Assembly (NCBI RefSeq): GCF_006345805.1
Contig: NW_021835955.1
Location: 1 to 64,000, forward strand
DNA from: Octopus sinensis
Lineage: Eukaryota
Length of the DNA: 64,000 bases
Reading direction: 5' to 3'
The notes beneath the pieces are model-generated. The model searched no databases. It worked only from the letters and a program-made list of their open reading frames with translations, and was not told the DNA's origin. The position numbers and the translations under genes were made by a program. Below, one piece after another: positions 25,508 to 38,809 of the stretch. How positions within the stretch are numbered: position 1 is the stretch's first letter; the number at the start of each line of letters is the position of its first letter.

Positions 25508-26358
25508 TAGCCAAATTCATCGACATCTAATTAGTGATATGCATAAACAGATCAACGGGATTTTCACTGTCTCTCTCTGCTGTGTAACAAAATCACAGTT
25601 AAGGGAACAGGCTTAGACGGATCGTAGGGGAAAGAGAACTCTGCTGAGCTTGACTCTAGTTTTGTTTTATGAGGGTGCTTAGTTGGCGTAGCATAAGCGG
25701 TAGCATTTGCATTGACCAACGCCGACCGCCGATACTAGCAGCGTCGCGACCGCTGTCCTCTTACGATTTCTCTTGTACCGACGTTGTCGGTTGGTCGGTT
25801 TCGTGTCGGGGTGTCGTTCGCGTTTGCGATGATGAAAAACCGGACCGTGGGGGAAAGAGAACTCTGCTGAGCTTGACTCTAGTTTGGTTTTATGAGGGTG
25901 CTTAGTTGGCGTAGCATAAGCGGTAGCATTTGCATTGACCAACGCCGACCGCCGATACTAGCAGCGTCGCGACCGCTGTCCTCTTACGATTTCTCTTGTG
26001 CCGACGTTGTCGGTTGGTCGGTTTCGTGTCGGGGTGTCGTTCGCGTTTGCGATGATGAAAAACCGTCACTTCCATAGTTACTTCACGCACTAGATGGTAA
26101 AGGGATCGAGCAGTCAATGAGAAGTGATTCATTATCTGGTGCGAATTGCGTGGTGTATGTCAAGCGCCCCGACGGGTGCCGATGCGACCGATGCACAGCA
26201 CTTCATCGAGAAAATTGACGGTCGAAGAGTCTGACTGAGGCGGTATGTGTGTCAAATAACGCAGGTGTCCCAAGGCGAGCTCAGCGTGGACGAAAACCTC
26301 ACGTTGAGCAAATGGACAAAAGCTTGCTTGATCTCGATTTTCCGAAAGAATATGGACA
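25508..26358 (+). pseudogene. Dispersed 28S rRNA fragment with internal duplication
   Basis: TAGCCAAAT..TCG.CATCTAATTAGTGA; GGGGAAAGA...TGAGCTTGACTCTAGT; TAACGCAGGTGTCCCAAGGCGAGCTCAG; GCTTGATCTCGATTTTC are conserved LSU segments in the correct order, with substitutions. Confidence 0.93.
25618..26065 (+). repeat. 223-bp tandem duplication (25618-25840, 25841-26063)
   Basis: Copies differ at only a few positions; CG microhomology at the junction. Confidence 0.95.
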
Positions 26359-26986
26359 CACTCAAAGATCATCACTGTTTGAAGGAAATTGGTTTTCATG
26401 ATGTCTATGTCTTATCTTGTCTTGTCGCCTTTAAAGTGTTCACAGAGCATTGATCTGAAGTTATGATGTCGGCATTTCGAAACTCAATGTGAGCCATCGT
26501 GATACAGATATCTCTTTTCCAGCATTCAGTTGGTTTCCATTCCTCCACATCAACAAACGTTTTCTCAACCACAATTTTAATCTCTATGCTCTCTAACGCC
26601 ATTCATCGATACATCCAGCTGTTCCAAAAAACAGGAGACATAAGAAATTCGTCAAATTCAAGCCAAACACCCTGTATAAAGTTGACAATTAATTGATGAA
26701 CCACTGCAGAGGAAACTTAGAAGCCACATTTACTTTGCATTTCATTCGAATAAACTGTTTAGAGTTTACATCTGTGTCAAAACTCATTATTAGTGAACTA
26801 GCGGGACCTGTATTTATTTCACAGAATTAATGGTAAACCTATTGGGTTATTTCTGAAAATTTTATCCAAAACACCTGAAAGCGCAGCATGTATTGCACCT
26901 GTATGGAAAGGTAGTCCTTCATCTGCTACCCATTGAAAAGTGGAAGGAAATTGGAATACGATGATTTCTTAACGCACTTTATACAG

Positions 26987-27396
26987 TGCAGGAGTGGCAG
27001 TGTGGTAAGTAGCTTGCTAACCAACCACATGGTTCCGGGTTCAGTCCCACTGCGTGGCATCTTGGGCAAGTGTCTTCTGCTATAGCCCCGGGCCGACCAA
27101 TGCCTTGTGAGTGGATTTGGTAGACGGAAACTGAAAGAAGCCTGTCGTATATATGTATATATATATATATATATAAGTGTGTGTGTCTGTCTTTGTCCCC
27201 CTAGCATTGCTTGACAACCGATGCTGGTGTGTTTACGTCCCCGTCACTTAGCGGTTCGGCAAAAGAGACCGATAGAATAAGTACTGGGCTTACAAAGAAT
27301 AAGTCCCGGGGTCGATTTGTTCGACTAAAGGCGGTGCTCCAGCATGGCCGCAGTCAAATGACTGAAACAAGTAAAAGAGTAAAAGAGAAAAGAGTA
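26987..27396 (+). mobile_element. Full-length young SINE family A (reference copy)
   Basis: tRNA-like head (GTGGCAGTGTGG, GGGTTCAGTCCC), central TA/TG tract, 3' stem-loop CAGTC-AAAT-GACTG and GTAAAAGA tail; more than 12 copies or fragments in window. Confidence 0.93.
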
Positions 27397-27708
27397 ATAT
27401 ACTTTATATACTTTAGGCACAGTTTTATAGACTTAATACACAGCGCCCATAAAATAAATATTCACTCTTATTTTTCCATTTTTCCCATAGACAAAAAAAA
27501 AAATATCCTGTACATATGATACAGCCTTTAGTTAAATTGCACATAATACAACCTTTAGTTAGGAATGTGCATGTATTAGGTGATATGTGATGTAAAAAAT
27601 TTACTTCAGTTTAAAAAAATACACTTTTCAATATCTAATCACCACTACCACCACCACCACCTCAATCTCCACCACAGCCACCATCATCATTTCTCTCTCC
27701 CTCTGTCC

Positions 27709-27760
<52 letters not shown>

Positions 27761-29528
27761 TCTCTTTCTTTCCTTCTCTCTCTACCTTTATTTAAACTCA
27801 CCATCAGAATATCGCCTCTCTGCTAAAATTATATTTTTAACTCTCTCCCTCTTACTTCATCTAGCTTTTTAACCATGTAATAAATATGACGTTCTCTCAC
27901 CTCACGTCATGGACGCTTCTGTCTCTCCCTTTTCTTTCTCCCTCTTTCTGTCTCGCTCTTTGCCTTATACTCTTTTCTTCTCTCCTTTACCTTTCTCCTC
28001 ACTTTCTCTTCAACTAATCAAGTGAAGGCATTACAATTACATTCCCTCTACCTCACGTCATGGACACTTCTCTCTCTCTCTCTCTCTCTCTTTTTTTTCT
28101 CTCTCCCTCTTTTTCTCCCTCCCACTTTTTCTCCCTCTTTTTCTCTAATCATACGAAAATGTTACTGATGGGCTAAGTAACGCAATGACAAGCAGAATTA
28201 TTATAAGATGTTTCATACTGTTTCTAAGATTTCTTTAAAAGTAAGGCAAATCTTTACTTCAAGTCTAGAGAAATAGATAGCTGACTAACCAGACAGAAAA
28301 ATTTATTTGTAAATTCGTGAAAATATTAGATTTATGATACTCCATGTATGTCTCTAAAACAAGTCTTGCATTTATGTTATGAATTAAAGTTAACTAAAAT
28401 GCTTCATTAAAATGCATGTGCTCTTTACCATTATTTTCTGTGATTTTTATGGAAAATAGAGTAACAGAACAAGAGAGAGGGAGAATTACATAGTTTGGTT
28501 TTTAAAAAAAAATTATGGTCATGGGTCTCCAGAAATACCTTGATTATGACAAGAAGTGTAAAGGAATATTTAGCCAAAGGTTTTGAATGAGGTTAATCTG
28601 GGGCCAGTAGAGATTGTAGAAACTGGGATTATAGTTGGAGTAAAGATAGAAAATGCTATGTTCTGATCTCCATGATTTTTATCTGTTTTTCCCATCCACC
28701 ATTTCTAAATGCCAATTAAGGAGGTTTGCTTTCTCTGACCTTTTTACATTCTTTGGCAAGAGAAAGCAGAAATACAAATCCCTGAACATTTTGTTTGTGC
28801 ATTCTTCAACCCTGAAGATTAGATGTAAGCAGTTCATGTTAGGAAAGATCCTCAGATAATAAACAACCCCATCAAGAGGAGAAGTAGAAAACATGAGGAA
28901 GCATTTCTTTTGAGGAAAATCATAATTGGAAAAATGAGAAAAGAAACGCGGAAATATCTGAAAGTCTTCAAAATCAATATAACAAAATTCCTTCACAATG
29001 TTTTAATCCAAATCTCCCAAAGGCACAAAGCAATTTGTTAAACAAAGATTACAATGCATGGGAATGCAAAGAAATAAAAACAAAGAATTGTTGGCTGGAC
29101 TTTGAGATGCTCTGATATAATGCACAGGTGATTTTAACCTTCAACTGATGATCAAAGACAATGCTGAACCTGAAGGACTTTTAAAAGAAAGGATGGATTC
29201 CTTTGCACATTACTGATGTTGCCTGCTGATTTAAGTTTATTTTTCTGATAGAAATAAAATAAGTTTATGATATTTTCTACAAAACCAAGGATTATGTACA
29301 TATTTGTAATGCTTGTATGTAGATGTACACTAAGAATTCAGATAAGTGTCAATGCTTGAAATATATTTGTATGTTTTTGTAATTCTAAATCTCATGGCAC
29401 CCAGTGAATCCCGTTCTGTTGGGTACAGATATCAAGTATGGTGCATACTAAAGTTTAGATTCAAGAAATGCGAGACATGATACACTGACTTATAGAACGA
29501 TCGCTTGCAGGTTTCAACCTCATGATAT

Positions 29529-29761
29529 TTTATTTCTTTATTGCCCACAAGGGGCTAAACATAGAGGGAGCAAACAAGGACAGACAATGGGATTAAGTCG
29601 ATTACATCGACCCCAGTGCGTAACTGGTACTTAATTTATCGACCCCGAAAGGACGAAAGGCAAAGTTGACCTTGGCGGAATTTGAACTCAGAGCGTAACG
29701 GCAGACGAAATACGGCTACGCATTTCGCCTGGCGTGCTAACGTTTCTGCCAGCTCACTGCC
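29529..29761 (-). mobile_element. SINE family C, full length
   Basis: Inverse of 23681-23908. Confidence 0.9.
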
Positions 29762-30460
29762 TTTCTTTCAGCCTCATGATATGTCAAGTCAACCTGGAAG
29801 AAGTCATCATTGTTTAAGCTATGGTCAGAGTGGTAGAGTGTACTCAGCCTTGCACATGCAAAATGATTCTGCCTGAAATATCGAAGATTTGAGCCAATTA
29901 ATGCAGTTTCTGGTAAACTCTATGCAGCTGATAGTCCTGCTAGAAATACCAGCCAGGCTTTCATAAAATTTCAGCATACTATCTCAAAAAAGGGAAGGAC
30001 ATATTTGACAATGTGGAGAACGTTAGATAACAAAAGAAAGAGCGAGAGAGAGAGAGAGAGAGCTTGTGAGAATGTTGCTGCTTTTATCATGTTGTCGTAG
30101 ATCTGCTATAATTATTGAGTATATTATAATCAAAGCATTCCACTTGTAACCAACCTGTTTCATTTTTATTCACATTTACTGTATCTAGAACTATATAGAC
30201 CTAAAAATCTAATAATTCTAAAACAGACAAGATCATCACAGCTGGAATGCCTTTGATCATAGATCTGCTTCATTGGAGCTGATATTGAGTGAGAAAACAA
30301 CAAACTAGGCTTTCTAGATACTCTCCAAAATGATGGGATGATCACAGTAACTGGACTGTTTCAATCAAAGGCCTGATTCTTAAGAGCTGATTCAAGATTA
30401 AACAAGCAAAAAACAAACTAAGTTTTCATAGCCCATTCTTGCTTGGGTTCTATTCGTTTA

Positions 30461-30680
30461 CCCTTTAGCATTTAAACTGGCCTTATCCAGTCAAAATATT
30501 CTATTTGTTTTATGTTCAAATTGGCCAAGTACAGTCTGTCACACCTACCCTACAATGCCATACAAAAGTAAACAATCCCATAATCGAAAATCTCAAAGCT
30601 ACAAGATAATGCATGATTATTTATAAACAATGTGAAGAAATAAGCATCACGTTTGACAGAATAATCTGAATGTTAAAGAG
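30461..30680. mobile_element. piggyBac-type MITE, diverged
   Basis: CCCTTTAGCATT...AATGTTAAAGAG; homologous to 37965, 38810, 46745, 56289. Confidence 0.7.
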
Positions 30681-30814
30681 TGAACCTACAGAAAATTACA
30701 TATCTGAAAATGCCAAAGCCATTTGAAATAAACACAAAGATGTATGAAAATAGTAAAATAGTTCAAATGAATCTGTGTAATATGTAAATGTGTACACTAA
30801 TATACACCAAAGCT

Positions 30815-31128
30815 GTAAGTTATGACAATGAGGGTTCCAGTTGACCTGATCGATGGAATAGCTTGCTCATGAAATTAACATGCAAGTGGTTGAGCACTCC
30901 ACAGACACACATACCCTTAACGTAGCTCTCTAGGAGATTCAGTGTGACACAGAATGTGACTAGGCTAGCCTTTTGAAATACAGGTACTACTCACTTTTGC
31001 CAGCTGAGTGAACTGGGGCAACATGAAATAAAGTGTCTTGCTCAAGGACACAATGTGTCACCGGGAATTGAACTCATGACCTTACGATCATGAGCTGAAT
31101 GCCCTAACCACTAAGCCACAAGCCTTCC
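30815..31128 (-). mobile_element. Chimeric SINE: 58011-type head/body with family B tail type 1
   Basis: Body CAGTTCACTCAGCTGGCAAAAGTGAGTA as at 58128-58155; tail homologous to 20250-20430. Confidence 0.8.
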
Positions 31129-31605
31129 CTACACCAAAAAGGACACATTTAAAACATATATAACTGTGTTCATTAAAATAGGCAGAAAGTCACAAAAGTG
31201 ACTCAAAGGTTGAGGATTTTAATTATATAAAGGTTATATTGTCGTTTAGGAATCCCAAATTAACTCACCATAGATGTATCCTTGGCCTGATGATTAGCTA
31301 GCTGAGTACCCCTCATTGAGTACTTATTACATCAGAAGATTAGCTAGCTAGGAAACATATGTGGCCTGGATTTTACCTGTTCCACTCCCACAATTTGGAG
31401 TTTTATTTGCATTCATAGCAACTCTTGTTGCTAACTGTGAGCTATACAAAACATGTTTCTGTTTGTGTGTCTCCCTTATCTTGATATCATGAGCTAATTG
31501 TAAACAAACTTTCAGTTCTGACATTTTTGGCAGTCTTCTGTAATAACATGTCTGGATTCCTATTTTACTGGGATGAACCCTCAAAGCCTTCTAATCATTA
31601 TCACC

Positions 31606-31618
31606 ATCATCATCATAG

Positions 31619-31655
<37 letters not shown>

Positions 31656-31812
31656 TTAATGTCCACTTTCCATGCCAGCATGGAATAGCTGGTTTGACTG
31701 GAGCTGGTAAGCCAGGGAGCTGCACCAGATTCCAGTCTGATTTGGCATGGTTTCTATGGGTGGATACCCTTCCTAATGCCAACCACTCCAAGAGTATAAT
31801 GAGTGCTTTTTA
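31606..31812 (-). mobile_element. Retroposon family D
   Basis: Inverse match to 63860-64000 with long (GAT)n tail. Confidence 0.8.
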
Positions 31813-32355
31813 TAAATGAATATCATTAGGAAATATATATAAAAATATTGTTTAAATATTTCATGCATTGTAGAAGTATAACTCATTTATTGCTGATAAA
31901 TTTTAACAAAAAAATTTTATTTGGAACCCCAAGGGCCATATGAACCCCACATGAGAACCACTAGTCTGACCCATACTAACCTGGATAAACAAGTGCAAAG
32001 ACAAATGAAAAACGGATGAAGTGTATGATTTTTCTCTTATCCCCTTAACAATGCAAGTAGAATTAAGCATTAGTCTAGAAGACCTGAGAGGAATGTGTAA
32101 AGGTAAACTTTTGTAGGAAACATGTAACATCACATTGATGTGATTATTTCGAAAGTTGAAATGATATCTCTTCTAATGATTGTGGTAAGTATTGATAAAG
32201 TTTTTCATCAATTCCCTGAAGTTGAGTAGCATCATGCTTCGTTGATACTGTGATTGGTGATGCTTCAGAAAATTACCTTAAGAAAGACAGGTTTTGCCAA
32301 GTTTTAGATCTAAAATCATCTCATGAAACATGCCACAGCAACAAAAGATATATAC

Positions 32356-32390
<35 letters not shown>

Positions 32391-33424
32391 CATACATACA
32401 CACATATATGTACACATACACACTGACATATACATGCACACACACAAATATACACACACACAGTGTGTAGTAAGAGAATGAGAGGGAGAGAAGAAAAAAA
32501 GAGGTTTTGGGGAAATATCAATCATTCTAGGCTGATTTTAAGTTTGCAGCTGAGCAATTTGAAGTTTCCTCAATAAATCAATCATTTCATAGAACATTAA
32601 ACATCTTACATTGCCCCTGATGTAAAATACTCTTTGCCATATAGTTTATCTGCTTTGAAGTTTAGGAATTTTAACTTCAACATTTAACTGAAGGCTATAA
32701 AATGCTTTCAATATTTTCTGGCTAGAATTTTAGCAGAATTTTCAAGATTTAGGCAATAGTATTTAATAGTAGGAGAAGGATTAAAGACACTATGATTAGG
32801 GGCAAAATATATATTTTGATTGAAGTTGAGGCCTGAAGATTATCAGCTAAACTTAAATTTCTAAATATTGTTTTACAGTTTTACATCTAACATACATTCT
32901 TTCAAAACTTTTATTTCCTGCCTGACATCATTATAAATTATTAACAAAATAAATAAACATGATCAATCCAACAAAATATTCAGATTATCATATGATATGT
33001 GTAAAGTTTTTGATGTGATAATGATGAGAACTGCTAATTCATAAAAGGCTCTTTTACCATTTAAATATTCTTGGATGTTTGCTTTTATCAACAACATATA
33101 GTTTGGTTTTACTCAGAACTTTCAGGTTTTGCAATCCTGACTCTTTTAACACTTCTCTTTAAAAATCTCCGAGCATTGGTTCCCAAGGAGTAAAAATTAT
33201 TTCTCTTGGGATATTCAGACAACTAATTTAAGCAAATGAGTATTATGCACATATTGTGCAATAAAATTTGCTTAAGTGGTGCCTCCACAACATTATTATT
33301 GTGTTGAGTGAAAAGTTTTGCAATAGTTTGGTAACTTATTTGCATTATTCATCAAGTTACAACAAAAGTAGCCTGGCATTCAAAGAAGATGTCCTTCTGT
33401 TGCACTGTTTAAAGCCACCTTTCT

Positions 33425-34605
33425 GTCAGTTCTTTGATCCCATGCTGATACCAGTTTTTGTCCTCCAAGCACCGTATTGGTGCTGGATTGCTTCGAAATC
33501 CAGTTTGTTTCACACTTTCTGGGGCCTATAGTTGGGAGCAGTAGTCCAAGTGGCTGAGAATGAAAGTCCTCCATAAGAGTAGCAGGGCCTCTCTTGTCCT
33601 GGTTCTAAATGTCCTCAGAATCCAGTCAGTCACTCACCTGCACAGTGCTGTCATCTTGGTAATATGCACATGGAGTGTTGCATTATAGCTCATGAGAACC
33701 CACTCTGGGATCATATTACCTGACTCTGACTCTGGGATCGTATTACCTTCCGATCCAGTGTATTCCGATTTTAGCTATGGTGCTGAACCAATAGTGAAGT
33801 ACCTGAAATTTCATTGCATTGAACTGCATGTTATTTTTGTTAGCCCATTTGTTGATTTCGTTCAGGTCTTTCTGCAGTTTTAGGATGTCCTCTGGATTCC
33901 TAACTGCCTGTGATACTTTTGTGTCGTCAGCATTACTGGTCAGATTGGTTGACTGTACCATGGAGAGCATGTCTGAGAGAGTCACCACAAATAATTGTGG
34001 CCCCAGTACAGTTCTCTGTGGGACTCCACTGAGAATTGGTGTCTCTTTAGAGTGAGTACTATTGGCTACAACTGTCTGACTCCTGCCTTTCAGAAAGTCA
34101 TGCAGCCACCCTCCCAGTTTCCCAGTAATACCAAGGGTTTGCATCTTGTGACATATCATGCCATGATCAACCTTGTTGAAGGCCTTGGCAAAGTCAAGGT
34201 ATATCACATCTACAGCTGACTGGTTTAGCTGTTGTTTCAGTACCCAGTCAAGGTGCTGCAGCAGCTGTGTGAGGCAGCTCCTCCCTGGATGGAAGCCATG
34301 TTGTGTGTTTGTGAGTAGGTTGTTTCCTCCTAGGAACATGATCAGCTTTATTCTAACAATGCATTCCATTGTCTTGCTAACATGTGAAGTCGGAGAGATG
34401 GGCCTGTTTTTAGCATCTGCTCTGCTCCTTCCTTTACGGACAGGGCAAACTATAGCCTCTTTTAGCATGCTGGGAAGTTTACCACATGCAAGGAAAGTCT
34501 GAAAGAGTATCTGCAGTGGCTTTGCAAGAGCCTTTTTATATATCTTTAAGAGAACAGCTGGGAGTCCCTCTGGGCCCATTGCTGAGTTTGATCACATCTC
34601 ATCAA
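33425..34605 (-). mobile_element. CR1/L2-group LINE reverse transcriptase fragment (pseudogenised)
   Basis: ORF 33743-34579: QHGFHPGRSCLTQLL, VIYLDFAKAFNKVDH, SGVPQRTVLGP, ADDTK; continues WRTFILSHLDYCSQL, related to 6448-7075. Confidence 0.93.
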
Positions 34606-34614
34606 TGTATATAT

Positions 34615-34838
34615 ATATATATATATATATATATCTGTGTGTGTGTCTTTGTCTCTGTGTTTGTTTGTCCCCTCCACTACTTGACAACTAGTGCTGGTGT
34701 GTTTATGTCCCATAACTTAGTGGTTTGGCAAAAGAGACCGATAGGGTGAGTACCAAGCTTTAGAAACATAAGTACTGGGGTCAATAAATTCAACTGAAAT
34801 TTCAAGGTAGTGCCTCAGGACTGAAATGAGTAAAAGAT
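34615..34838 (+). mobile_element. SINE family A, 3' half
   Basis: Matches 27180-27385. Confidence 0.8.
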
Positions 34839-36145
34839 ATACCTATACATACAAACATACATACATACATACATACATACATACACATACATACATACAA
34901 TACATACATACATACATACATACATACATACAAATATATATATACATATATACAGAGAGAGAGAGACAGAGAGAAGGGAGAGAGATTTTCTACATATGTC
35001 TGTGTATGCATCATCATCATCATCTGTGTATTAATAATATCATAATTGTATTAGTCATATATAATTATTTGGCAAGTGGTTTGCCAAGCAACTTTTGTTT
35101 TTCAAAGTTTTAATTCTTTTACTTTGTCTCCACACCAGGACCAATTTGATGAAGTAATTTATTACTTTGCCATTAAAATAAGTAAATTTAATGAATTAGG
35201 GAATTAAACTTTCTAATTGTCCTTTGATGGTGCAGAAGTAAATTGTCTAGGCATGTCTTTCGATACTGAGTAATGGATTGAAGTATTTCAACCAACAATT
35301 CTCAATGCCGGAAGACATAAATCAATGGCAAATTAAATTGACCAGTACAACAAATAATTAAGAAATGTAATCTTGCTTTGACCATTTCTGTTAGATAACA
35401 AGATGCTCTAAATATATTTTAACATATTGGAAAACACAAACATCGCAAGGAGTGAAGGCTGGAATTATAATTCCTTTGATTGACTACTCTGCTGTTTCAA
35501 TCAATCTTAATTAGGTATAAGAGAAAATGTGTCGTAATTTGATTGTATTATACATCATTTAAATTCTAATTGCTTTCTCCTGCTTAGATAACGCTATGGA
35601 TGAGCTAAATAGTTAAGGTTTTTCTATTTTGGCTCCAAGATTCTGCCAATGACAGATGCTGCAACTGGAGTTGTTTAGGCCCTAGCCAATGAGGCAAACT
35701 CAGAGAATTGCTTATTATCTTTTCATTAGCTTTTAACCATGTTTGTGGCAATGATGTTCAACTTCCAATGTTCCAATGTTCCTGTACACCAAGTTGTAAA
35801 ATAAGTACCATGGGTATGTACATTTCCCTGTTTTTTGGCAGGCAGCTGTTGGCATTGTTTTCCTAATGAATGTTTCATTAGCTTTCGCAGTGCAGTGCTG
35901 TAATTGAATTCTTCATCAGAATTCATCAGTTTGTATTGCATTAAATTTCAGTGTAATGAGAATGATATTAAATTTTGCAAATAAGATATGTTATTATTTC
36001 ACCTCACATATACTTACACCTGTTGTAAATAGATCTTCTAGAAGTTAACTGAACCACTACTTTGTTGTTATGTCAAGTAAGCTCAACTGTAGGACTGAGG
36101 GTCATTTTAGCTTGGAAGATAACCCAGCTAGTATGATGCACACAA

Positions 36146-37160
36146 ATATAAATAATAATAATAATGAAATTATTGTATACAGTGCCAGACGTCAAGAGTT
36201 TCAATGTATATATATTCGAAGATTTTATTTACCTAGTTACAGTGGAATACATCCACTTGTTTTCAATAATAGAAATATTAAAATTACTAAGTCTCTCTAA
36301 AGGAGATTACGGCAGCGTTACTGGATATTAATAGTTATCGCCATACTAATATGGCAGTCTATAAATATAAGACTAAAGCTGTCACTGATTAGCTCCAAGA
36401 GGCCATCGCCTCTAGCTAGCTATATGACACACGAAGGTTGTAATGGACGCAGGTTCGTGTGTCATATAGCTAGCTAGAGGCGATGGCCTCTTGGAGCTAA
36501 ACGATGATGATGAATGCTCAGGTGCACCACAACTTGTCAAAAGTGCATATAAAGCATATGCAGTAATGTACAAATGTCCGGGAAGTGAACGGTGTATGAG
36601 TCAGATACATGCTTCCGTGTGTATGGAGGGGAGAAAATCAGGTGTAGTGTTGGCAAATCCCAGGAAGCATGGAAGTTTTGAAGGAAGCAGTACTCTGATA
36701 ACTAACAACTGATGCCGGCAGTTTGTTCCATACTTCAGCAACTCTTAATGTGAAAAAATGTTTCCAAAAGTCATGGGAGCTGTGCTGTTTTCTGACTTTG
36801 TAAACATGTCCACAGGTATTAGACAGATGGAGTTTGAAAAGGTGCTCAGAGTTATTGTTAGTAAGATGGTTAATAATTTTATGGGTGTCTGCCAAGTCAG
36901 CTGCCAGATGTCAGAGTTTCAATGTATCCATGCCCAGGGAAATAAGGCATTCAGAATAAGGCAAATGCCTGATGGAGAGTATTCTCTTGGTTGCACGTCG
37001 CTGAACAGTTTCCAGACAATTAATATCCTGGGCAAGATAGGGTTCCAGACCGGTGATGCAAATTCCAGGTGAGACCGCACTATAGCTATATAAAGCCTCA
37101 GATAGATTGCCGGAGAGTGGCTCACAAAGGACTTGGTAAGTGATGCCAAGACATATCTGT
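36146..37160 (-). mobile_element. CR1-like LINE 3' fragment interrupted by a young insertion
   Basis: IVRSHLEFASPVWNP, LETVQRRATKRI, HFFTLRVAEVWNKLP; probable (ATT)n tail at ~36150-36165; 3' UTR apparently split by 36186-36512. Confidence 0.88.
36389..36500. repeat. Perfect 47-bp inverted repeat with 18-nt loop
   Basis: 36389-36435 is the exact reverse complement of 36454-36500. Confidence 0.97.
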
Positions 37161-37297
37161 TCATTCAGTTGGAAAGCCAGTAATTTAGCTATTTGTCTAT
37201 ATGTGGCAATATAAAATGGATATTTAATAAATAACACTAGTAAATTTGAACGGGAAGCAGAGCTACTAACAGAGGTTTTGTTTTTATTTACCATACT

Positions 37298-37795
37298 GGC
37301 TGCAGGTGTGGCTGTGCAGTAAGAAGTTTTCTTCCCAGCATCATGGTTCTGAGTTCAGCCCTATTGTGTGACACCTCGGGTAAGGGTCTTATATTATAGC
37401 CTCAACTGACAAAAGGCTTGTGAGTAGATATGGTAGACAAAAACTGAAAGAAGCCCTTCGTATACATATATGTATGTATGTATATATGTATGTATGCATG
37501 TATGTATGTATACATTCATGTATATATGTATGTGCATATATGTATGTGCATGTATGTGCATGTATGCACATGCGTGTGTGTGTCTTTGTGTATGTTTGTC
37601 TCCCACCACTGCTTGACAACCGGTGTTGGATTGTTTACATTCCAATAACTAAGCAGTTCAGCACAAGAGTCTGATAGAATAAGTACCAGGCTTAAAAAAA
37701 TAAGTACTGGGGTCAATTCATTCATCTAAAATTCTTCAAAGCAGTGCCCCAGCATGGCCACAGTCTAATGACTAAAACAAGTAAAAGCTAAAAGA
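37298..37795 (+). mobile_element. SINE family A, CpG-decayed
   Basis: Colinear with 26987-27396. Confidence 0.9.
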
Positions 37796-37964
37796 TGTTC
37801 AGGACAAGTGAGATTGATGGAATCAGTCCATCTTCAAGCTTTTCCCTAGAGATGGAAATTACAAAAACCAAGAATACAATTTCGATCACAACCATGTCAC
37901 AACTACAAATTACAGTGTATAATTCTGTTTCTGGCACCTATTGGAAAAATCGGTTGCCATTTAA

Positions 37965-38171
37965 CCCTTTAACACATAAACCACTCATATCTGGCCCAAA
38001 TATTCTACCTGTTTTATGTTCAAATTGGCCCAGATCCTACCTCTCACAACTATCCCTACAATGCCATTCTAAAAATAAGCAATAAGCAATAACAGGAGAT
38101 AATGCAGGATTAATTCAAAACAATGTGAATAAATAGGCACTACATTTCACAATAACATGAATGCTAAGGAG
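37965..38171. mobile_element. piggyBac-type MITE
   Basis: TTAA-CCCTTT...GCTAAGGAG-TTAA. Confidence 0.75.
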
Positions 38172-38809
38172 TTAAACATGGTCCTGTATTTTATAGGAAA
38201 GTTGAACAGGTATTTTATAGAAAGGTTGAAATTCATGCCTTCCCCTAAGGGTTTTTTTACTAATCAATTAGTCAGAGGAGAAAATGCAGTATCCAAGACT
38301 CTTTTCAGGATTTCTATTATTGTTGAGGCAATGGGCTTTGTAACCCTCAGATTACAAACCTAATGCAAATGCTTGCAGTTGAATAGACTCCACTAAAGCC
38401 AACCAAAGACTACATCTATAAAGCAGCATTAACAGAATAAAATGGCTTCAGCCAAGGATTGAAATTATATTGTGATCTCAACTTGCAGGGAGTTTACTTG
38501 TTCTTCTCCACATCTCTCTCTACATTCTTTTATTTAATATGAAATAGAGAGCTGCTGCTATTAGCACAAGCACTGGACTATCCAAAATAGCAGGATCTTT
38601 CTAAACACACATTTCTTTGACTGTATTCCTTCTCAAGTTAGGCCTGGTCCTTTGTGCCTGAAATATAAAGGTTTTCATAAAGCTTCCTGCATTGTTAGAA
38701 ACTTTCCTTATTTATCAGTTCATTCATTATTCTACTTTAATATATTTCATTTTGGTTAAGTATTTGAACCTGTAATTTAGGGAGTAATGTCTCACAACAT
38801 CTCTTTTAA

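Noticed and set aside
25508-26358. Functional rDNA unit
   Set aside because: Only ~630 bp of unique LSU sequence, substitutions in conserved positions, internal duplication, no 18S or 5.8S.
28500-29235. Purine-rich stretch resembling a decayed transposase
   Set aside because: No diagnostic motif or terminal repeats found.
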